Source: Amoebidium appalachense
Lineage: Eukaryota; Protista; Ichthyosporea
Assembly: GCA_963693365.1 (NCBI GenBank)
Contig: CAVNZM010000011.1
Coordinates: 5,661,921 to 5,725,920, forward strand
Reading direction: 5' to 3'
Length of the DNA: 64,000 nucleotides
This document shows, one piece after another, positions 1 through 58,290 of this stretch; position 1 is the first letter of the stretch; each line of letters begins with the position of its first letter. The position numbers were made by a program, and so were the translations under genes. The notes under the pieces are model-generated. The model did not search any database, was not told the origin of the DNA, and saw only the letters and a list, made by a program, of their open reading frames with translations.

Positions 1-171
1 GGGAAGGGGGGTGTTGGAGGCATTGGACATTGGTTTGGAAGAGATTTATGATTCATACGGTGCTTAAACGAACCACAGCAGCCAATATGAAGGACCCCCA
101 GAGGGCAATTCCTCCGGGGATAAAATGGGTTATTAGAAAAAGCGTGTTAGTTTTATTGTTGCACACGAGTC

Positions 172-224
<53 letters not shown>

Positions 225-452
225 CTTTCGTTTGAGTTGGTAGCCTGTGTACTAGTCACGTGAACGAGTCTCAATTGACAATAGCTACGTGCATGTATCT
301 GCGCACTTTCTCTATAGTGTTATAACGGCACACCAGCGCGCGTGCGTGTGCTCATTAGACTAAATCAGATGTGCGTGTGTGTGTGTGTGCCCTTCACATG
401 TTTGTGTGTGTGTGCCGGGACTTGGAAGGGGGCCTTTTTCTGTATTTTTGCC

Positions 453-500
<48 letters not shown>

Positions 501-1217
501 GGCAAACTATTTTGATTTCAACCTGAACGGCGTAAGCGCTGACTTGCATGCATACTTGTATGATGCGAGCATTGCATGTGTGTAAGCGTGCTTACATGTT
601 TGAGTGTCTACGAATGAGAATACATGTGCACGTGTGTGCACGTGTGTTTAAGGCATCCTCTGTGCGAGTAGGTGCAACTATGTAGTGTGGGGGCATTTGT
701 GTCTGCACTGTTAAGTGAATCTTGTGTAAACCTGGCTGTGTGCGAGAAAGTGGAGGGGTAGGTGGGGGGGACGGTAGGGAGGCCCCCCCCCCGGGGAAAG
801 GGGGGGGGTGAGGGGTGTGGGGGGTGTGGGGGGTGGGGGGGGTGGGGGGGGTGGGGAAGGGTTGGAATAATATACAAGGCACAAGGGAGGGCGCCATGGG
901 GCCGGGTGGTAGGAGTCCTTTTGGGGTGGTGGGGTAAGGTGGTGGTGCGGCAGAGAAGGGGGAATGACGTCGAACCCCATGCAGGCCGCAGTGTCCGATA
1001 AAGTTGTGCCGTGTAAGGAGTTTATGTAAGAAGCTTGATTGGCTGTATTAAAAGTAGCTGTTACAAACAGCATGTGCGCCGGACAAAGTTATAACTTAAT
1101 ATTATTAATATTCCGAGAACATTGACATTGTGATCTTTCGTGCATTGTGGTTAAGGCATAGTCAGCCATTAAAATTTACTTCTAAAATACACCCCGTTTA
1201 AATTTAAATATAATAAG

Positions 1218-2915
1218 TTACTCCTTTGTACGGTTGACGGACGTGGGCCTGCGGGCAAAGCCGACCTCGAACTCGTCGAACAGGGTGTCGGTGTCCTCCA
1301 GGGCCACGCCGGCGGTCTCGGGCACGCAGGTGTAGACAAACAGTGTCATGGTGACGATGAAGCACGTGAAGAACACGAAGGTGCCCCACAGGTTGAACAC
1401 GCTGGGCCGGTACAGGTACGGCGTGACCTTGCCCACCACTGCGGCCATGGCCCAGTTGGTGGCCGTCGACACGCTCATGCCCTTGCCGCGGAGGTTCTGG
1501 GGGAAGATCTCGGAGCATAGCACCCACACCACGGGGCCCCAGCTGTAGGCAAAGCCGCACACAAAGATGACGGCAAAGACGATGACAAAGACGCCCACAG
1601 TCTCGTTTGTCTTGTAGTCAAACAGCGGCGACGCCATCAGCGCACAGCCGGCCGTGCCCACTGCCTGCATGATGCCGCCCGTGACCAGCAGGGTGATGCG
1701 GCCGCTGCGCTCGACCAGGTAGATGCATATGAACGTGGCCAAGAAGTTGAACGTGGTGAGCGCCAGGTTGGCCCACAGCGCGCCGGTCTCGCTGAAGAAG
1801 GTAGCAAAGATGTCGGGGGCAAAGAACATGATGGCGTTGATGCCCGTCAGCTGCTGGAAGAACTGCAGCAGCGCCCCGACCATGATGCGGTAGCGCATGT
1901 TGTTGCGGCTGCTGAACGCGTCGGCCCACGTGCCCTCCCCCACGGCCTTGTCGGCCTCCACCGCCGCCGTGACGCTGGCCAGCTCGCCCTCGACCTCGTC
2001 GGCATAGCGGATGCGCTGCAGGCACGTGCGGGCCTCGTCGTAGCGTCCCTTCTGCACCAGCCAGCGGGGGGACTCCGGCAGCAGGAACATGGCCACCACC
2101 ATGACAACGGCAAAGAGCACGTTGCCGCCGTACGACAGCCGCCAGCCGGGCGGCCAGTGCTTGAGCCCGATGTTTGCTGCCGCGGCCAGAAGGATGCCGA
2201 ACGTGATGCACAGCTGCTGCAGCGTCACCAGCACCCCGCGCACGTGCTCAGGGGCCATCTCGCTCTGGTACATGGTCACGGCCATGCTGAGCGTGCCGAT
2301 GGCCACGCCGCCAATGAACCGGCCGGCGTACATGACGCCCATGGTGGGCGGGAACATCTGCATGAGCACGCCCACAATGAAGATGACGTCGTTGAGCATG
2401 AGCGTCGTCCTGCGGCCCAGACGGTCGGCCTGCGTGCCCGAAGTCAGGGCGCCGCAGAAGCAGCCGATGGTGAAGAGGAAGGAAATCCAGCCCTGCTGGT
2501 CGGCCACCCACGTGGGGTTGTACTCCCACGAGTCCTCCACGCACTGCGTCATGGGCTTGCCGTTGTGCAGCGTACCGTTTGCAATGCAGTCGACCTCCGT
2601 CTCGGCGCAGCCAAACCGCATGCAGTAGTCGAGGGCGCTGGTGGGCACGGGCCCGGCCGGGCAGCAGTGTGCAGGCGGCCAGCCAAAGTGTTTGCGGAAC
2701 GACGGCATGACCAGCGTGCCGCCGGAGCCGCCAATGTCGTAGCCGAAGAGAAGGCCGCCAAACGCGGCCATGACGGCCACCACAACCACAAACGCCTTGA
2801 TGGGCCGCGTGCGGTCCACCCCCTGCGCCCGCGCTGGGCCCGTGGAAGAGTCGACGTTGTAGACGCCAACCTCGGACTCCTGCGCGCCCTTGGCCTTGTC
2901 CTCGAAGGTAGCCAT
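1218..2915 (-). CDS. MFS sugar porter family hexose transporter (STP/HUP-like), 565 aa, intronless
   Basis: Single uninterrupted ORF with sugar-porter motifs FGGLLFGYD, DRLGRR, YQSEMAPxxxRG, PESPRWL, QQLTGINAIMFFAP, WGPVVWVLCSEIFP and VPET; about 12 hydrophobic segments; strongly G/C-ending codons. Confidence 0.95.
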   Translation of the reverse strand: MATFEDKAKGAQESEVGVYNVDSSTGPARAQGVDRTRPIKAFVVVVAVMAAFGGLLFGYDIGGSGGTLVMPSFRKHFGWPPAHCCPAGPVPTSALDYCMRFGCAETEVDCIANGTLHNGKPMTQCVEDSWEYNPTWVADQQGWISFLFTIGCFCGALTSGTQADRLGRRTTLMLNDVIFIVGVLMQMFPPTMGVMYAGRFIGGVAIGTLSMAVTMYQSEMAPEHVRGVLVTLQQLCITFGILLAAAANIGLKHWPPGWRLSYGGNVLFAVVMVVAMFLLPESPRWLVQKGRYDEARTCLQRIRYADEVEGELASVTAAVEADKAVGEGTWADAFSSRNNMRYRIMVGALLQFFQQLTGINAIMFFAPDIFATFFSETGALWANLALTTFNFLATFICIYLVERSGRITLLVTGGIMQAVGTAGCALMASPLFDYKTNETVGVFVIVFAVIFVCGFAYSWGPVVWVLCSEIFPQNLRGKGMSVSTATNWAMAAVVGKVTPYLYRPSVFNLWGTFVFFTCFIVTMTLFVYTCVPETAGVALEDTDTLFDEFEVGFARRPTSVNRTKE

Positions 2916-3059
2916 GTTGTGCTTTGTCTAGAGCTATCGGTTGTGTGTGTTGTGTGTATGTGTGTAGTTTCAGAAACAGTGACGGATTGAGCGTTGTTGC
3001 TGCTGTGTGTTGTTTCAGCTTTGATGTGTCGATCTGAATGTGAGGAGGGAATGATGATG

Positions 3060-3230
3060 GGAGCCGTTTATATATTCCGGATAGCCTGAGCAGACAACCA
3101 ATAGAAATGCGTGTCACGATAAACCAATCGGAGAATCCAGGCTGCCTTCCTAATATGGGTCATTGCAGAAAAGCATGCATTTGATTGGTTTATGAAACTA
3201 AGTTGATTGTTGCATAATTATGATTGGTCA
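3060..3230 (-). promoter_or_regulatory. Putative core promoter of the sugar transporter (TATA plus four CCAAT boxes)
   Basis: TATATAAA on the - strand at ~3067-3074, about 150 bp upstream of the ATG; CCAAT/ATTGG at ~3098, 3124, 3184 and 3223. Confidence 0.5.
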
Positions 3231-3443
3231 AGGCCGGTGCTGCTCCAAGCTGTTTCTACGTGGAATGATCCTCAGGAACACAAAAACACTCAGCACAGCA
3301 CGTATGTTTGTGAAATTTATATAGTTTATGTCCTCACATATGCATGGGAGAGATTCCATTCCCGATACACGCAAAAGCTATCTGGCCATGCATGCGCATT
3401 TCAGCTCGTGTGGTTGGGAACGTACAACGTCCGGACGGCGGTG

Positions 3444-4848
3444 ATAGCTCACCGGGCCGAGGCGCGCACTAGACTAATACTCTTGATGACGTAAGAAAGG
3501 GTAGGGCTATCGAAATCTGTGATCTGACGTATCCCTCCCGGTTAGACTAGATTTAGCGCAAACCTTGTGCAACATTTACGCTAAACAGTTAGACGCAATC
3601 ATTGTTTGGCGGCTCACCGGCCGCAGCCAGGCCTGGCCCACACGCGCCACTCTACGGTACTCTACTGCTGTAGGTGAGCTGCAACCCAAACTCGAACAGA
3701 CAGACAGATGTAATGGTGTTATGTTGCAGTCTTCAGACGTTTCTTGGCTTGCTAAACCGCGAGGGTGCGACCAGCAGAATTTGGCAGCCGGCATGTAGAA
3801 GGTTTCCCCCCAGTTTCGTGCTGGTGAGGGGCTGAGTCACCCCGGAGCGGATTCGGCGGATAACTTAAGTTTGGCACATAATGAAACTTCATACAGGAGC
3901 CGAATTTCAAAGCTAACACCTCCTCCCCCCCCCCCCCCCCCCTCCCCCCCTCCCCCCCCCCCCCCCACCACCACCCACCCACCCACCAACCCTCCCTCCC
4001 AACCCCGGTCCACCCAAATCTGGCTTGCCAGACCTCAGTCACGCACAAAGCCCTAAAGCAGTAGGGCTTAAGCTTGCGCAAGCAGCCAGCCGCTGAGGTC
4101 TGCCGCTGGCCCTGAGGATCTCCACCACGAAGTTTCTGGTGGCAGCTGGAGCCCCGCCACGTCTTGGAGCAGGCATAGCCTGCGAGGACCCGGACGTTGC
4201 TTTTATTGTGACGATGGTGGTAGTCAACAAGGCCCTGCTATAGGACCGGAGAATTACTGTACGCAGCCCCCCCGGCCACGCCCACTGTCAAGTTGGTCTG
4301 TGGGGCTTGACCGTACAGAATACCGTACTGTGCCGGGCCGCCTTGTTAGAGGAACGTCGGAATGTGAACCCGGTTGTGAGACTGATTGCCGTTTAGACTC
4401 ACACCTGCCAGGTGTTTCCCAGGGCCCACCTTCACTGTAACCGTTAAGTAGCTGAATAAGATTATCTGCATCTTTTGTTTTGGGTGATTGCATGTTAGTA
4501 CCAGTGTACTACTGGAAGCGGATCCGGAGAAAGTGGCGCCAAGAGAGAGGGGGGGCGGCGGGAGGAGGAGGAGGGGGGGGGGGGGATGAGAAAACAGATC
4601 TAGCTTGATGTCGGATCCGAAGAGGGTTCACGGGGGAAGAACGGGGGGAGGAGGGGTGGTGGCAATTTTCGTTGCTGGTGGATACGGGGAGGTTTAAGGG
4701 AGGGAGCGTGTAGTTGTGGTGGTCGGAACAGCGGTGGTCTCCTTCGAGGAGGAGAGCTACGTGTATAAGGCTTGAATAGGCCTTTAAAGTGGATCCAGAG
4801 TAAGAACTTGGGGGTGGGTGGAAGGTGTGTTTGTGTGTGGCCGGGGGT

Positions 4849-4897
<49 letters not shown>

Positions 4898-5502
4898 AAG
4901 GGGAAGTGATGATGGTGGTGTGGTGATTCAGTTGGTCGAGAAAGGGAAGGTGGGAGAAAGGGAACACGTTCTGGTGACCGTGGTAGAAGTGGTGTTTTCT
5001 TTCGAGGCGGAGGAGAATAGATCTAGTGAAGAAGAGGATACGAAGTAAAAAGGGCGAAATCTAAATGGGGATAGATGCTGAGGAGGGATGGTGGCGCCGG
5101 GCCTTTGTACTTAAAGCATCACTCTATTTACCCTGGCCCGAGGTACCTTATTCATATGCCCAAGGTTTGTGTGTAACTTGAGTCATTATGTTAGCTGAAC
5201 TGCTCGAGTCACTTGCCAATTTGCGCTCATCAGCTGAATCTCCGGACAAGATGCACGTGGTTTTTGTCTGTATTTCGGCTTTTAGCCGTAGAAAGCACAA
5301 GCTCATGACAACTGGGTAGCTTCTGAGAGTGTCTATAGAGGCACTACCTATCGCTTTCGCCTTACTGCTGCAGGAAAACCTCACGAAAAGGGTGGCAAAC
5401 ACTGTACTTCCCTATCTGTGTATCAATCGCCGAAACATGACCCTACCCTTGACGACGTCATCATTGCTATGTGACGACCCGTGCCTCGGCCCGGTGAGCT
5501 AT
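3444..5502. mobile_element. Degenerate ~2.1-kb element bounded by imperfect inverted repeats
   Basis: atagctcaccgggccgaggc at 3444 matches the reverse complement of gcctcggcccggtgagctat ending 5502; the match extends inward (tgatgacgt...aagggtaggg at ~3484-3506 vs ~5441-5464). No intact ORF or target-site duplication seen. Confidence 0.55.
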
Positions 5503-5745
5503 TTAGGAGGCCTTGCTTTATTTCCGCTCTGGAAAGGCCCGGATCATTGATCATCATCATCAACATAAGTGAGCATCATCACCGTGGAAGCTTTTTCTCG
5601 CCATTTCCGAGGCTTAGCATCATTTGATATATTATGATCCCTGCCCCCCCCCCCCATCCCGGATCCCCTATTAAGTATACCAACTCCCTGCAGCCAACTG
5701 CCCGGTGAAGATCCCGAGGGAATTGCCCGGGGAGGGGGAGGGGCA

Positions 5746-5781
<36 letters not shown>

Positions 5782-6072
5782 GGGGGGGGGGGGGGGGTGC
5801 AATAATAAAAACCTTCAATTATCGATCTATTCGAGGATGGCCCTCATAATTATATCGAGCCCCATGCCAAACATTCAGATAGACACAAAGACACAAACAA
5901 CACAATGTCATGTGTGACACGTGGGGTGCACGGTTGGGGGCCATGTGGTGGCTGGGTGGGTCGGTGGTGGTTGGTAGTGGTGGTGATGATGAGGAGGAAT
6001 AGTGTGAGCCAGGAGTGTGTGCGTGTGCGTGTGACTGTGTGTAGGTGTGTGGGTGGCACTGTGTGTGTGTGT

Positions 6073-6103
<31 letters not shown>

Positions 6104-6779
6104 GGGGGGGGAGGTCCTGTGTCGGTGAACATTTCGAATTTACAGGCTTCGAACTCTTTCCCTCATTACATGAATTTTACTTATCTTTAATATTATGATT
6201 TAATTAACTGCCCAGACCAGAATTCATAAAACTTTGCGCCACGTACAAAATAGTTACCCTTCATTCTTTTCCAACAACTTTCATACACATTAGAAGACAC
6301 CCAGTTTCCCGCGTACTGCAGGTGTAAAAAAAAAAAATACGCACAAGGTAAAAAACAAAAAAAAAACAAAAAAAAAAACACTTCTGTTTTGGCCATGATG
6401 AGAATTGTTAAAATAGAGTTAAACACCAATCTCTATGCATGTGTGTGCGGGTGTTCATTTTTAACCAAAAAAAGGTAGAATCATGGCGCTACTACACAGA
6501 ATACCAAGTGTTGTTTTTGTCGATCCAGTATTTCGATTAGGATAATGGGTTGAGAATATGCATTCATCCCCCCTCCCCTCCCCACTTTTCCCCCCGGCCC
6601 CCCCCCCCCCCCCCCCCACCACCACAAATCATCCCCCCCCCCCCCCCTCCCTCCCCCCCCCCCCCCCCCCCCCCCCCCAAAAAAAAGGATAAAAAACAAA
6701 AATTAAATGGGACGACATAATTACACCATCCATATTCATGGATTCAAGGGACCATATTCACGCGGGCAAAGCACTTCAA

Positions 6780-22322
<15,543 letters not shown>

Positions 22323-23196
22323 GATGTGTTTTATCTGTCGCCGTTAAGGTAATAGCTGAGGCGAAATACGTTGCCCGTGTCGGTAAAAGTTACTATTGTC
22401 TCGTGGACATGCTGCCATCAACGTTTCTAGTAGAAACATGTGCCATAAACAATTTTTAATCAGACATGCAGCTCGCAGGCATGTGAGTGGTTAATTCGGT
22501 TCGTTCCAAAGTGCAACTGGGGGCTTAGAGCTTTAAACATCGTTAAGAAACTAAAAATATAGCGCGAAATTGGTTTCCGCAACAACATAGAACGTGACCT
22601 AGGTTCAGTAGCGAGGCCTGTAATAACGATGTAGGTGAAGGAATGATGTACATCTACCCGCTATTGTGAACCATAATACATTTACCCTAATCTCCGATAG
22701 GCTAGTCAAAACGAACAAAGCTATGTACCTAATGATGCATAGCTCTCTCACCCATTCCAGACATCTACTATTCTGTCGGGCCCTTCCTCAAAAAAACGAC
22801 GGTCATGATCAAGCGGCATTCACCAGTCGAACGCGTCTAAGTCTGTGGAGGATCGCACTTGGTGCTGGTTGGTTTACAGCTCACCCGTTACCCGTAAAGC
22901 CCTTCTGGTTGGCTCAGACTGCACCTCCTACGTAAGGAAAAAGCAGCCAAGGTGCTGTTGATTGGCTTAGCGTGCATCGGTTTCGCCTTGTTCTGTGCCC
23001 GCTTTTCGGCACCAGGAGGAAGACGGAAAGAAGAGACGTCGACACGGCACGCGCCGGTAGGCGGACCCACAGTACAATCACAATCTCTTTTTTTGCCTCA
23101 GTACAATCACAATCTCTTTTTTTGCCTCTCAAAATATAACTTTTTGGTATACAGACATCTATTAATTTTTCCGGAATTTAAGAATTCTGATGCAGT
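22323..23196. promoter_or_regulatory. Putative bidirectional promoter between ABCB10-like (-) and SGNH hydrolase (+)
   Basis: Head-to-head start codons under 900 bp apart; free of the microsatellites that fill the introns; relatively CpG-rich; inverted CCAAT (gattggc) at ~22960; 30-bp tandem duplication at ~23070-23129. Confidence 0.55.
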
Positions 23197-30306
<7,110 letters not shown>

Positions 30307-30364
30307 AGAAATTCAGACTTGTTGTGCTTTTTTTTTTTTTTTTTTTTTTTTTTTTCCTTTGGGG

Positions 30365-30403
<39 letters not shown>

Positions 30404-30837
30404 GAGGATGCTCCAGCTTTCATGGTGACAGGATCACCGTGTACATAGTTATCTATTTTTGGCCAAGATACAGTTCTGCCCACCCAAAAGGAACGATCGG
30501 TGAAAGACGATGCTTTATAATAGCGCTTCATTAATATGCATGGTGGTGCTTGTATCCTATATGGCTTGTGAACATATGCAGTTTTGTATCTATGGGGGTA
30601 ACTGCAGTGCTTTATCTAGTGTGTTTTAATACAGTAAAGTTTAAAAGTTTAAACAATCTTAACAATCGAGCAACCGTGCCAAAGGAACACACATAATAAG
30701 TCATACACACACATGAGGGGCAGTGCTCCCGATCGGCCTCCCACAGAATAAATCCAAACCGTGTAACCAACGATACTGTACATGTTTAGATGAAAACCAA
30801 TTAAAAAAAAAAAACATGTTGTGTGTGTATGTGGAAA

Positions 30838-30872
<35 letters not shown>

Positions 30873-32440
30873 CTATGGCTGGGCCCCGGAAGTAAGGGTA
30901 GAAGTTAATTTATCAGAGGGTGCCCAAGGATTGGTGTATAGATGAGCGGATTAGCTTTATTTAGTAACTGGATCGAGGGGGGTAAAAAAAAGTTGAAGCG
31001 CTAGGCCCCGGAAGAGTGGTCTGAGTTTTTTGGAAAAGTTATCCAATAAAAAAACACTGTCCCAAAAACAATATTGCCATATATCTCAAGAGCCGTAACG
31101 TCATTATACCATATATGGCTATCAATGTATAGCGGGTGGCCAGGGGCTTCAGGTGAGGCTCGCGAGTATAAACGAACGTCTTGCATGTATGAGATTCTAT
31201 GTATAATCAATACAAAAATTGCTGTTAATATTTTTCACTAAAATATAATTTATCAGCTTTTCAAAGGTTTAAAGTATTCCTGGGAACAACAACTAAATAC
31301 AGGCATGCTGGGATCTATTGATAGAGCGATGCAAAAATCAGTACATAGTGAGCAATGGCTTTGGCAGAGGAGTAGCGCGGCCCGACGGTGGATGGATCCG
31401 GCGGCGCTGACGGTCAGCGGCCGGCACAAAACCATCCACATGTTTCTGAAGGGCTGCGAGAGTGAAACTGAGCAAAGAAATATGTGCTTGCAATTTTATA
31501 CCGTTCTGTATCGGCTATGAATTATCGTGATTTTCGACCAAATACAACACTTCTTCAAACAGAGGAAATCAAGTCCCAATCAAATCGGCTCTTGGAGGCC
31601 CCTGCGACATGAGGAGTGTATAATTTACATACCTTCATCTGTAATTTCATAAATTTCGCAGCCGCCAGATTGCTGCAGGACTGGAACTTGCAGCCGTATG
31701 GGGCGCATGCTGCGAAAGTTTTGTTGCTCACTCAATTGAGCCAACCAAAGCAAGCCTTGACAGGGTAGGCGCATCCGTTTGCGGAAGGACTGTTCCCCAT
31801 AGATTATCGCCCTATAATAAAATACGATTTCGACCAGTGGCTGATTGTACGTTTTTGCGTTTTTTGGGGGCGCATTCATTTTTTTTCTTCTTGTGCTTCT
31901 GGTCAATATTATAAATTTCTTAAAAAACAGCTCTAGTTTAGTGATTTTAGCTGTAGTTACCGTAAATGAGGTCTTGTGTCCTCCTACACCCCTATTATCT
32001 CCCTACATCCAAGAAGAGCCCCCATTCATCGCTTTTTATCCCGCGGGAATCCATTTCTATCCTGAAAATTGACTGCCAAATACACCTGCAACCAATCACA
32101 ACGCCTCTTCAACGAGCTCGTCAAAGTTTGCGCGGAAGCCAGGAACGTGTTGGTCAGTAAATCATTCATTCATTCATTCATTCATCCGAATTTGCCAGAA
32201 TGTATGGACGGGATATTCACATGGTCATCTGACTACTGATCACATCAGTGTAGCGTCTCCGCACCCAAATATGTACATCCATCCATATGGAAAACACCAT
32301 AAGCCTATATAAAAACCAGCCGAACCTACGATCGAAGCCTACTATGTATGGCACCATGCTTGACCTAAGTGGTAGGTATATATACATTCACATATCCATT
32401 CCCCGCATTCAATAGTTATATAATCCAACGGAACACACAC

Positions 32441-56111
<23,671 letters not shown>

Positions 56112-56724
56112 GGCTCGGACGGTAGATGCGAAGGAAAGGTAAAAGTGGGTTAGACTTCTGCCCGCTTGTGTGGAACCACTACAGATGACGGTAGGAAAGT
56201 GGCGGCATGTTATTGAATGCGCAAGTGCAAGTGTGCAATGATGCACAAAAAGACGTAGAGGATGTATCTTGCGTTCAACTTAATGCCACTTATGTGCTAA
56301 TTTTATATCAGGTGAACTTGAGTATGTACAAGAATCACGCCTTTAGGCGTGCTCGCCCTTTCAAGTAAAAACAAGGAAAAGTCATGTTTTCGACGCGATA
56401 GCTTTTTCGCGGTAATGCCAAAACAAGTTACTGTGTAGCATTTTGTATTGGCTGCACTATAAGCTCTTTTCCATTTTAGGCAGCCGCGCAATGCTCTAAT
56501 CGTTCGCGCAAACCAAATCAATCATGACGTCACCGCCATTGCCAATGCCCGGTGCCACAGTGTTTCTTTCGCGCCACAAAGGCTCGGCGACGCACACCAG
56601 TCACACTGTCGTCAACCACGGACTGCCCCGTTAGGGGACTCCTGTGGGTGTTCTAGAGGGCCGTGCCTCCGCCCACCTTGAAAGGAACGAGACGCAGCTG
56701 AACACACTCAGTCGTCATCCCTCA

Positions 56725-57328
56725 TCCCACGGGTGGCCCCGCATGGGGAATCACGTGGTGAACTGTCGTCCCACGGGTGGCCCCGCATTGGGAATCACGT
56801 GGTGAACTGTCGTCCCACAGGTGCCCCCGCATGGGGAATCACGTGGTGAACTGTCGTCCCACGGGTGGCCCCGCATGGGAAATCACGTTGTGAACTGTCG
56901 TCCCACGGGTGGCCTCGCATGGGGAATCACGTGGTGAACTGTCGTCCCACGGGTGGCCTCGCATGGGAAATCACATTGTGAACTGTCGTCCCACGGGTGG
57001 CCCCGCATGGGGAATCACGTGGTGAACTGTCGTCCCACGGGTGGCCCCGCTTGGGAAATCACGTGGTGAACTGTCGTCCCACGGGTGGCCCCGCATGGGG
57101 AATCACGTGGTGAACTGTCGTCCCACGGGTGGCCCTGCATGGCACGTGGTGAACTGTCGTCGCACGGGTGGCCCCGCATGGGGAATCACGTGGTGAACTG
57201 TCGTCCCACGGGTGGCCCGGCATGGGGAGTCACGTGGTGAACTGTCGTCCCACGGGTGGCCCCGCATCGGGAATTACGTGGTGAACTGTCGTCCCACGAA
57301 TGGCCCTGCATCGGGAATCACGTGGTGA
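56725..57328. repeat. 44-bp GC-rich minisatellite, 14 copies
   Basis: Unit tcccacgggtggccccgcatggggaatcacgtggtgaactgtcg repeated head-to-tail with few substitutions and one 5-bp deletion; no unique spacers. Confidence 0.95.
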
Positions 57329-57648
57329 CGACACATGCTGGTTGCACACACACACACACGGTCACTCATGCACCGTTAGGCGCAAACGTACATGCCCACA
57401 GACTGGCACACACGCGCATGCACATAAAACACAGGGTTCATACACGCACAGGCACATGCAGGCACATGCACACACAGAGAGAGTCGACTCTCACGGTCTG
57501 TACACATACAGACACCCCCGCACGCGCACACACACGTATGCGCGTACACACACACACACCGGCCTCACACGCACACTCACACACACACGCACACCCACAC
57601 ACACACATACGGCACACACACACAGCACACACACACAGTGCGCACACA

Positions 57649-57680
<32 letters not shown>

Positions 57681-58258
57681 CACACACACACGGCACACAG
57701 CACACACACACACATAGCGCAGGTGCACACACACACACAAACGGCACACACACAGTACACACACACATAGGGGGCTTGCACACACACACAGAGAGTGAGA
57801 GCACACAGACTATCACAGAGAGCCTGAACGGACATCGTCACGCCTGAATCGAACGTGGAGGATAAGCTCACCAGCTTTGGCAAAAGTTTTGAGTCTCTCA
57901 CATCTTCTCTAACCATTTTTACTTACCAAACGTTTACTTACCAAACGTAGTAAGGAGGGGAAGAACGAGGGGAGAGAGATTCATTAGAAACTTGAAACGA
58001 AAAAAGGCAAGTAAGAGGCCAAAATGAAATGGGCAATGTGGTTGGCAAGATGTTGTGTGGGGACGCTACTAGGCTACTTGAGGCATCTACGGTGGTGGTA
58101 ACCAGCACCCAGGCTATATAGTGGGGCTCTTGGTGCACCGTTTCCGAAGCCTACCACGTGCCCTGATCGTCATGGTCAACTTCGAAACCGCCTTTGGCCA
58201 TGTCGAGGTCGGTGATACTACCCCCCCCCCCCCCCCCCCCCAAAAAACACACACACAA

Positions 58259-58290
<32 letters not shown>

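Noticed and set aside
50-980. Start of a further minus-strand spliced gene (MGFDVIPP..., GIALWGSFILAAVVRLST)
   Set aside because: Plausible donors exist, but I could not build a consistent frame or recognise a domain; RNA-seq is needed.
1204-3117. Long overlapping and antisense ORFs over the sugar transporter
   Set aside because: Expected shadow ORFs of a high-GC3 coding sequence.
30900-32185. Gene or retroelement in the SGNH-XPG intergenic region ending in (CATT)n
   Set aside because: Only short ORFs with no recognisable motif, TIR or TSD; it may be decayed transposon DNA but cannot be supported.
56725-57328. Possible CRISPR array or hammerhead-ribozyme satellite
   Set aside because: Units are contiguous with no unique spacers, no cas genes are present, and neither strand has a CUGANGA hammerhead core.
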